45,852 nucleotides of DNA. Origin: a candidate division WOR-3 bacterium (GTDB lineage: Bacteria > Hydrothermota > Tepidihabitantia > Tepidihabitantales > Tepidihabitantaceae). Every line of letters begins with the position of its first letter. The first letter of the stretch is position 1. A program made the translations under genes and the position numbers. The notes below the pieces were generated by a model that saw only the letters and a list, made by a program, of their open reading frames with translations, ran no database searches and was not told the DNA's origin. Where the stretch lies: the NCBI GenBank assembly GCA_965649295.1, contig CBFGKH010000004.1, positions 150,168 to 196,019 on the forward strand. The letters run 5' to 3'. Positions 38,890 to 45,852 of this stretch are shown in pieces.

Positions 38890-39721
38890 GTGATGACTTT
38901 TTTGGGCAGTAGTAGGCTGGCTTGTTTTCAGTCTTGGGGGATGCTTTTACCGGCTGCAAGAGCCCACTTCTTCGTTGGCGTTTCTTAAGTCCTTCATTAA
39001 CGAGGGTCTGGTGGGCGCCTTATTAGGAGCATTAGTGGGTTACTTTCAAGACGCGGATATTGCAAGGGAAAAACAAGCAAGAAAGAAGCAAGAAGGGCTC
39101 GCTTTGATCGCGGATTGGTTCCGTCGAATAGAGGCCATTCCACAGAAACTCAACCAAGAGGTCGAGGGAGCCAAGCGGGCGCTGGACAGAGCGCAGGGAG
39201 AGTTCAACGAACGTGTATATGACGAGTTCTGGACCGCAATCCAAGAAGCTGTGACGTGTCTCGCACGTTATGAAGAAGGAGTGGAGAATGTCGCGGACTT
39301 GATAAGAATGTCGGAGGAAAAGGTCCGCGAGCTGGATTTGTCTCCCTCAGAGCGGCCAGCGGTTCCGCTTGTGATAATACCCGACGTCGTTGATGTCACC
39401 AAAAGACTGCGGGCTCTCGTCCTTGAAGCCAAAAAGGACATAAACTTCGCGCTCATCTACCAGCAGTGGCAGACCAACAAAATACTTGTATACGGCTTTG
39501 CGACTGTGGGTCAGGCACTGTCCGAGATAAACAGCCGCTTGGCATCGTCCATCGAACGCCTAACTAGTCTCGGAGAATCAGTCAGAGCGAGCGCCGACAA
39601 GCTTCAGTCGTCAGTAGACAGACTCAGAAAGCTCTCTGAGCATGAGGCATCACAAGCCAGACTCCACCGCGAAAAACTGGAGAACATGCTTGACAACATT
39701 CAACGGGGAAGGAAACCGTAA
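38890..39721 (+). CDS. hypothetical membrane-anchored coiled-coil protein, 5' end frameshifted
   Basis: 248-aa ORF from TTG 38975; frame open back to 38897 (LFWAVVGWLVFSLGG); SD AGGAGG + GTG/ATG (38890/38893) joins it only if one T of T6 (38898-38903) is removed. Confidence 0.55.
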
Positions 39722-39783
39722 AGAAGCAAGGGATAAAACAAGGCACGTTGCGATTGTTGAGAAACCTGGCGTAGGTTCGCCGG

Positions 39784-40139
39784 TCAGGCCGGGCTGAGCG
39801 CTGAGTCGTGCGGTTCGGATCGGATCAGACCGATCCCGGCGAGGAACCCGGCCAGCATCAGCCGCACCGCAGCTTCCGGATTGATGCTCGGCCGGTCGTT
39901 GTCCGCGCACGATAGGAGTCTACCACCTCGTCCCGCAGCATCCCTGGGTCGAGCACCCGGGCCACCCGCCGCAGGAAGTAGTTCTCCTGCACCAACTCGC
40001 GTAACTGGCAAGCGATGAAGATGCCCTCGCGCCAACGGTCCGGGTTGGCTACCGCTATCGGGAGGAGTCATTTTCGATTGGTGCATCACTACACCTTCGA
40101 CTCACCAACTCTCAGGGAAGTGTCAAGGCTTTCAACAGC
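39784..40139 (-). mobile_element. IS1182-family remnant (left end + frameshifted, truncated transposase)
   Basis: IFIACQLRELVQENYFLRRVARVLD..MLRDEV..SY / CADNDRPSINPEAAVRLMLAGFLAGI; GCTGTTGAAA end motif at 40139-40130. Confidence 0.75.
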
Positions 40140-40233
40140 TTCACGTCCCCAGGAATCCCGACGTCCTAGCCGTCCTCCGCTGGGGTGATTGCAGGATGAC
40201 TCCTTGGACGCCGCCTCTCACTCTCTCATCAGG

Positions 40234-40261
40234 TTGACTTGTGCCAAGCGCAGCATATCCT
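40234..40261 (+). promoter_or_regulatory. promoter of the R-M operon
   Basis: TTGACT-16 bp-TATCCT, 10 nt before ATG 40272. Confidence 0.65.
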
Positions 40262-40271
40262 CACTTCAACA

Positions 40272-41003
40272 ATGGCGCTGAAGTTGCCGCAAGACCTAGA
40301 TGCCCGCATTCGGGCCGCTGTCCGCCACTTCTGGGCAGCGCGATCCAACCAGGCCACGAGACAGAAACAAGCCGGCAGAGTTGACCAAGGGGCACGCAGC
40401 GCGGTAACCGGTGGCGCTCAGATGGACGGTTTCATTGACCTATTTGCACGGCTTATCCACGAAGCTGGCATGCCTGAGGACTGCATCTACCGGGCCTCCA
40501 GACTCGAGCTTCCCGGCTTCTACCGACCGACCAAGGAATGGGACCTGCTCGTTGTCAAGGATGGTCAACTTATCTGCGTGCTGGAAGCTAAGTCGCAAGT
40601 CGGCCCGTCGTTCGGAAACAACTTCAACAACCGCACTGAGGAGGCCATCGGCAGCGCGGTTGACCTTTGGACCGCTTACCGCGAGAAAGCCTTCAACTCC
40701 AACATCAAGCCTTGGCTCGGTTACCTGTTCCTGCTCGAAGACTGCCCGCGTTCCCAATCTCCCGTTACTGTGCAGGAGCCGCACTTCGAGGTCTTCCCCG
40801 AATTCAAGACTGCCTCGTATGCCAAGCGCTACGAACTGCTCTGCCGCAAGCTCGTACGCGAGAACCTCTACAGCATGGCCGCATTCTTGCTTTCGCATGC
40901 CAAGACCGGTGCCCGCGGCGCATACTCCGAACCCGCGCCCGACTTGGCATTCTCCGCTCTAGCCCGCTCGCTGGTGGCCCACGTTGCCGTCCACTCGCCC
41001 TGA
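40272..41003 (+). CDS. PaeR7I/XhoI-family type II restriction endonuclease
   Basis: DQG.RSAVTGG.QMDGF, LPGFYRPTKEWD, E.KSQVGPSFGNNFNNRTEEAIGSA.D. Confidence 0.88.
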   Translation: MALKLPQDLDARIRAAVRHFWAARSNQATRQKQAGRVDQGARSAVTGGAQMDGFIDLFARLIHEAGMPEDCIYRASRLELPGFYRPTKEWDLLVVKDGQLICVLEAKSQVGPSFGNNFNNRTEEAIGSAVDLWTAYREKAFNSNIKPWLGYLFLLEDCPRSQSPVTVQEPHFEVFPEFKTASYAKRYELLCRKLVRENLYSMAAFLLSHAKTGARGAYSEPAPDLAFSALARSLVAHVAVHSP

Positions 41004-41004
41004 C

Positions 41005-41931
41005 ATGCCGACAGAACACCATACATTTCACCGCCTCATTCTCGGGGATGCGCGCCGAATGCCCTACCTTCCTGACAGGTCAGTTCACCTTGTCATCACA
41101 TCTCCCCCCTACTGGAACCTCAAACGCTACAACGACACCGAAGGCCAGCTCGGCCACGTCGCGAACTACGAGGAGTTCCTCTCAGCGCTCGAACAGGTCT
41201 GGCGCGAATGTTTCCGTGTGCTCGTGCCCGGTGGTAGACTGGTGTGCGTGGTCGGCGACGTCTGTCTCTCCCGCCGCCGCTACGGCCGCCACCTCGTGAT
41301 GCCGCTTCATGCCGACATCGTGGTCATGTGCCGCCGCATTGGTTTCGACAATCTGAACCCTATCATCTGGAACAAGATCACCAACGCCAACTACGAAATC
41401 GAGAACGGCTCTAGGTTCCTCGGCAAGCCCTACGAACCGAACGCCATCATCAAGAACGACATCGAGTTCATCCTGATGCAGCGCAAACCCGGCGGCTACC
41501 GAAAGCCCACCGAAGAACAGCGCCGCCTCTCTAGGCTCTCCAAGAAGGAGTACACGGACTGGTTCCGTCAGTTCTGGACCATGCCCGGCGCATCCACCCA
41601 TCAGCACCCTGCACCGTTCCCTCTTGAGCTTCCCACTCGTCTCGTCCGTATGTTCTCATTCGCAGGCGACACGATCCTCGACCCCTTCTGCGGTACCGGC
41701 ACCACCATGGTCGCCGCGCTAAAGAACGGCCGCAACTCCATCGGTATCGACATTGACCCAGAATACTGCCGTATGGCCCTATCCCGCCTCGACAGTGAGT
41801 CCGGTCCTCTTTTCGCTCAGGCTAGCATTGAATACCACACCGCTGCTGACCTCCTCACGCCCGCAAACGTACCCGCCGTCGCCGACGCGCCCACCCGCAA
41901 ACCGAGACGCAAACAAAGACCTCGCCGCTGA
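41005..41931 (+). CDS. beta-class N4-C/N6-A DNA methyltransferase
   Basis: ITSPPYW before HPAPFP.EL and LDPFCGTGTT (catalytic motif IV precedes SAM-binding motif I). Confidence 0.9.
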   Translation: MPTEHHTFHRLILGDARRMPYLPDRSVHLVITSPPYWNLKRYNDTEGQLGHVANYEEFLSALEQVWRECFRVLVPGGRLVCVVGDVCLSRRRYGRHLVMPLHADIVVMCRRIGFDNLNPIIWNKITNANYEIENGSRFLGKPYEPNAIIKNDIEFILMQRKPGGYRKPTEEQRRLSRLSKKEYTDWFRQFWTMPGASTHQHPAPFPLELPTRLVRMFSFAGDTILDPFCGTGTTMVAALKNGRNSIGIDIDPEYCRMALSRLDSESGPLFAQASIEYHTAADLLTPANVPAVADAPTRKPRRKQRPRR

Positions 41932-42174
41932 CGGGTACAGAACAGGCCGTCATCTCACCCCGGAGTTCTTCGCGGGGACGTCAACCTATGCTGAAACCGG
42001 GAGATGCGAGGCCCTAGCTATCCCGACTGTACAAGCAACAAACCGCAGGCTCGCACATTCGGCGGAAGTAGCAGACCCCGGAGTTTGATACATGTACAGC
42101 GGCTGGACAACGGCTATGCGCTGTCAGGTTCAGCCACTGGACTGTTTGACCAATAGCCGGCCTCCTCCGTCCTC

Positions 42175-42202
42175 TTGACCCTCCCGTAGGCCGGTCTATC
42201 AT
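42175..42202 (+). promoter_or_regulatory. promoter of the 42211 gene
   Basis: TTGACC-16 bp-TATCAT, 8 nt before ATG. Confidence 0.65.
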
Positions 42203-42210
42203 CATCCGAA

Positions 42211-43617
42211 ATGCCCCGCGTTTGCGCCTTGCTCAGCCTGCTGGTCTGCACGGCCTCGGCCTTGCCGATTGCCGACACTATCGGCTGGACCGACCGGGAC
42301 CGGCAGATGCATGGCCCGGCTTTGCGCTATCTCGTCAACGATACCCTGAGCGGAGTCCATGCGGTCTGGAAGACCGGCTACGGCGAAATCCGCTACAACT
42401 TCCGGCCGCACCGCGGTAACTGGCGTTGGCCACAAGGCACGGTTGTCTGTCCGGAGCCACGCAATCTCGGCTGCGTTGACGTCAACATTCGCACCGGCTG
42501 TGCTGTAATCTCCTGCGACCGACTAACCCGTGGCCAAGCAGTAATGACCCAGTTCATTGACTCTGCTCCCGGCGCAGCCCGGTTCTACGAGGAACTGATT
42601 GCTCCGGGCTCGCGCAATCCACTGGTCGGTACCGCGAACTACGGTTTCACCAAGCACCTCGCCGTCCGCAACGACACTGTCTTCTTCCGGATAATGCTCT
42701 CTGCTTTTCGCCTCGGCTATGTCGGCCCGTTCCCGAGCTACAACCTAGGCGTCTCCAAACAGACCGGCCGCTACGGCTGCATCTGGTCACCGTCCGACGG
42801 CCCACAGAAGAACCGCCTCTTCTTTCGCCAGACACCGAACAATGGCCAGAACTGGTATCCGATTGTCGCTCTTTCCGACTCGCTTCTTCATCCGCTCAAC
42901 AGCACGCCGCAGGCCGCAACCGCCGTTTACGACAGTATCCGCGGCCATCTCGTCTTTGCCGGTTTTGACGGCAGCGAACCGGCTCAGGCCGCCATTTGGC
43001 ACTACTGCTCATACTTGCAGCCGCAATTCTCGCTTGTCCACTGCTATTCGGTTCCAATAGGTACCAGACTCGGCACCACCAATCTTGTCTGCGGTCGGCC
43101 CAGCATCGGTGCCAATCGACGAATCCAGGAATACTACGTGGTCTGGGAGCAGTTTGACCCATTCAACGTTGACGAACAAACGGGACTCTGTCGCGCCGAT
43201 ATCTGGGCATCCCGGTCTGCTGACTCGGGCAGAACCTGGGGTCCGCCTACACGCCTTACCCGACCCGACTCAACCAGCAAGCGCTATCCATTCCTAGCCG
43301 AGGTTGTCAATGACACCCTACACATCATCTACTTCGCCGACCGCGCTGCTGGTCTGTGGGAACACGACGAAGGCCCCACTACTACCAATCCGGTAGTCTA
43401 TCTGCGCGTACCAGTCACCGACTTGCCACTAGCGATCACCGAAGCAAGTGGGTCACGCCAGCCTGACCGGCAGCGACCGCGAGCTACGATAGTCGGCCCC
43501 TATATCGGCACAGACCGACGTTACGACTGCCTGGGTCGGATACGGAGCAACGGTACCCACTACCCAACTGGTATCTACTTTCTGGGCCCTGCCCAGCGCA
43601 TCATCTGCGTTCGCTAG
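42211..43617 (+). CDS. secreted BNR/Asp-box (beta-propeller) protein with degenerate T9SS-like C-terminal domain
   Basis: Signal peptide (ASA), Asp-boxes TPNNGQNW and SADSGRTW, C-terminal YD..GR....GIYF.....R....R. Confidence 0.65.
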   Translation: MPRVCALLSLLVCTASALPIADTIGWTDRDRQMHGPALRYLVNDTLSGVHAVWKTGYGEIRYNFRPHRGNWRWPQGTVVCPEPRNLGCVDVNIRTGCAVISCDRLTRGQAVMTQFIDSAPGAARFYEELIAPGSRNPLVGTANYGFTKHLAVRNDTVFFRIMLSAFRLGYVGPFPSYNLGVSKQTGRYGCIWSPSDGPQKNRLFFRQTPNNGQNWYPIVALSDSLLHPLNSTPQAATAVYDSIRGHLVFAGFDGSEPAQAAIWHYCSYLQPQFSLVHCYSVPIGTRLGTTNLVCGRPSIGANRRIQEYYVVWEQFDPFNVDEQTGLCRADIWASRSADSGRTWGPPTRLTRPDSTSKRYPFLAEVVNDTLHIIYFADRAAGLWEHDEGPTTTNPVVYLRVPVTDLPLAITEASGSRQPDRQRPRATIVGPYIGTDRRYDCLGRIRSNGTHYPTGIYFLGPAQRIICVR

Positions 43618-43641
43618 CGGTTCAGTCCAGTCCAGGAATCC

Positions 43642-43669
43642 TTGACCCGGTCATGCCGTTCGCTAGCAT
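43642..43669 (+). promoter_or_regulatory. promoter of the 43685 gene
   Basis: TTGACC-16 bp-TAGCAT. Confidence 0.55.
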
Positions 43670-43684
43670 GATTCCGAGCTACCG

Positions 43685-44296
43685 ATGTCGTGCCGGATTC
43701 TTACCCTGGTGCTTCTCCTGCTGGCCTGCGAGCCAGAACTTCTGACCACCACAACGGTTTATGTGCCTGATGTTGATGATTGGACCTGCTCTATTGAGCT
43801 GGTACGGGATTTCGCCAGTGGCGACCGCGATTACACTCGCGATGAACCGGACATCGTCTGGAGCTACGAAGCCGACGAGGAAGGTGACACTCGCGTCCGC
43901 GGATTCTGTCAGTTTCCGCTTGAATCACTAACAGTCACTGCCGAGCGGATTCGCAGCTGCACACTCAACTACTACATCACCGACCTAGACGCACCGGCTG
44001 CGGTCGTGATTCGCCATGTGGCCGTAGATATCATGGCTACGGCCGAACCTGAGCTCTATCTTGCTGGCGGCGCTGGAACAGTTGTCGCCATGGATTCAGC
44101 GCCGGTCCTTGGCTGGCGCCGACTGGCCCTAAACGCCGATGGCCTCGCCTTGCTCAAAGAGCAGGTACGAAACCGGACCGGCCGCATTAGCTTCTGCTGG
44201 GACCTTGCTACCAGTGCCGAACGCAACGGGGCCGCCGCTGGTCACGACGACACGCTGCGTCCGTATTTGACCATCGTTCACACTGCCGGTCGCTAG
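43685..44296 (+). CDS. hypothetical lipoprotein (DNRLRE/CBM96-like beta-sandwich)
   Basis: Lipobox LLAC; RGFCQF.L..L....I.SCTL..Y and C-terminal RPYL.I pattern. Confidence 0.55.
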   Translation: MSCRILTLVLLLLACEPELLTTTTVYVPDVDDWTCSIELVRDFASGDRDYTRDEPDIVWSYEADEEGDTRVRGFCQFPLESLTVTAERIRSCTLNYYITDLDAPAAVVIRHVAVDIMATAEPELYLAGGAGTVVAMDSAPVLGWRRLALNADGLALLKEQVRNRTGRISFCWDLATSAERNGAAAGHDDTLRPYLTIVHTAGR

Positions 44297-44305
44297 CCAG
44301 ACCGG

Positions 44306-44551
44306 CTACGTCTCCTCGAACGGCTCCTCATTCAGCAGCCCGTCTTTGTCCTTCACCAGTTGACTGACGCGCAGCTCGGCTTCAGCCAGTCGCTGTTTGC
44401 AATCCTTTGCCAGCTTGATTCCGCGTTCAAACAGCTCCAACGACTTGGCCAAAGGTAGATTGCCTTCCTCCAGTTGCTTGACAATCGCCTCCAGCTCCGC
44501 CAGCGCGGTCTCAAAATCGCCGACTCCTGGCCCGGCATTGTTAGTCTTCAT
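44306..44551 (-). CDS. xseB: exodeoxyribonuclease VII small subunit
   Basis: FE.AL.ELE.IV..LE.G.L.L..SL.LFERG..L...C...L..AE; SD GGAGG before ATG 44551. Confidence 0.93.
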   Translation of the reverse strand: MKTNNAGPGVGDFETALAELEAIVKQLEEGNLPLAKSLELFERGIKLAKDCKQRLAEAELRVSQLVKDKDGLLNEEPFEET

Positions 44552-44574
44552 ATCCGCACCTCCTTGACCGCGAC

Positions 44575-45852
44575 TCACAACCAATCTTCTGGTCCCTCGC
44601 CGCTGGCTATTTCCTGCACTGCCGCAGTCAGTGAACCATCAGCTAGCATCACGAGCACCTGCTCACCGATGCTGACCTGGCCGACGCTGCTGACAACCGT
44701 GCCGTCCGGTCGCCGACAAATCGCGTAACCTCGGGCTAGGCTGGCCAGTGGACTCAACATCGCAAGTTTGGCCGATAGCAAGTCGAGCTGAGCTGCCCTT
44801 GGACGAAAGCCAGTCTGCCAACCCGGCTCAAGTCTAGCCAGCATTTCCTGCCAGCGGTCGCGTCGGGCCCGGACTAACATCGCCGCAGCCTGCGCCAACC
44901 GCGCCACCAACTGCTGCAGCCTCGCTTTGCCCTGAACGGTACGCACCACCGGATTCTGACGTTCTAGGCGCTGAACTGTCCCAGCAAGTGCTGCTGCGGC
45001 CGACCGCAGCCGGCTAAGCGTCACTCCCACTGCTCGGGCTCTCGCCTGTTCAACTCGCAGTCCCAGCCTGGCAACTGCTGCTGCCAACAGTTCAAAACAG
45101 CTACTGCCCAGCGCGGTCGCAAGCTGCTCCTCACGACTTAGCTCATACTGCTGCCAACTCTGCAGCAACGACCGCACTAGCTCATCAATTCTTGCTGGTA
45201 GCTCCTGCCAGGTCTGGGCCACCAGTTGCGCGGCAGCGGTAGGCGTTGCTGCCCGGACATCAGCTACGAAATCGGCAATCGTGAAGTCAATCTCGTGACC
45301 GACCCCGGAAACGATCGGAACCCGCGAAGCAGCAATAGCTCGGGCAACCACCTCCTCATTGAAAGGCCAAAGGTCTTCAATCGAACCCCCGCCCCGGCCA
45401 ACGATTATCACCTCGGCCTCGCCATGAGCATTGAGTGCCTCGATGCCCGCAGCAATCTGGGCAGCCGCGCCCTCGCCTTGAACCTGTGCTGGATAGAGCA
45501 GCACACGCACCTTTGCCTGCCGCAGCCGGAGCGTTCTCAGGATATCGTGAATTGCTGCCCCTGACGGCGAGGTCACGACGCCAACTGTCCTGGGCAGTCG
45601 CGGCAGTGGCCGCTTCCGTTCGGCCGCAAACAAGCCCTCGCGTTCTAGCCGCCGCTTCAACTGCTCAAAGGCCTGCTGCCGAGCACCGGCACCCAAAGGC
45701 TCGATGGCATCAACGACAAACTGATAACGACCTGATGGCTCATAGACCTCAACTCGGCCGTGCGCCAGCACCGCCAAGCCATCAGCAAGCTCGAACTTCA
45801 ACCGCTGGGCAGCAAATCGGAAGCAAACCGCGGCTAGTTGCGAACGTTCATC
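44575..45852 (-). CDS. xseA: exodeoxyribonuclease VII large subunit (5' end outside window)
   Basis: GVVTSPSGAAIHDI, VQGEGAA, GRGGGSIEDLWPFN, SGVGHEIDFTIADFVAD.RAATPTAAA, LSP...L.RGY; frame open to window edge. Confidence 0.95.
   Translation of the reverse strand, partial: DERSQLAAVCFRFAAQRLKFELADGLAVLAHGRVEVYEPSGRYQFVVDAIEPLGAGARQQAFEQLKRRLEREGLFAAERKRPLPRLPRTVGVVTSPSGAAIHDILRTLRLRQAKVRVLLYPAQVQGEGAAAQIAAGIEALNAHGEAEVIIVGRGGGSIEDLWPFNEEVVARAIAASRVPIVSGVGHEIDFTIADFVADVRAATPTAAAQLVAQTWQELPARIDELVRSLLQSWQQYELSREEQLATALGSSCFELLAAAVARLGLRVEQARARAVGVTLSRLRSAAAALAGTVQRLERQNPVVRTVQGKARLQQLVARLAQAAAMLVRARRDRWQEMLARLEPGWQTGFRPRAAQLDLLSAKLAMLSPLASLARGYAICRRPDGTVVSSVGQVSIGEQVLVMLADGSLTAAVQEIASGEGPEDWL

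Noticed and set aside
1..45852. CRISPR array / cas genes / prophage
   Set aside because: No regularly spaced 23-50 nt repeats, and no cas, integrase or virion genes seen

Overview
GC-rich bacterial chromosomal window, tentatively candidate phylum WOR-3-like (inferred from style only). It is mostly housekeeping: asnS, addB-addA, sucCD, mazG, glyA-eno-ftsB, a BtuFCD-type ABC transporter, trmI, tRNA-Gln(CTG) and xseAB. It also has a surface-polysaccharide locus (wzz-wzx-wzy, glycosyltransferases, GDP-heptose genes hddA-gmhA-hddC/gmhB). Accessory content: (1) an AT-richer islet after asnS encoding a T3 SAM-lyase/DUF3293-like protein; (2) an operon next to a MarR gene (MMPL/RND, LolA-like carrier, OM barrel, 3beta-HSD-like SDR, TatT/BstC-like TPR) that looks like a complete trans-envelope lipid/sterol handling system; (3) a decayed island with a WG-repeat fragment, a 5'-disrupted membrane/coiled-coil gene, an IS1182 remnant and a PaeR7I-like R-M pair. 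Window-wide signals: 14 promoters of the form TTGACN-N16-(T/C)AnnnT, many placing the start codon at or next to the predicted TSS (leaderless). One of these predicts an ATC start for marR. Heptamer-repeat tracts are inserted in frame in several genes. All calls are by-eye pattern recognition; no searches were run.
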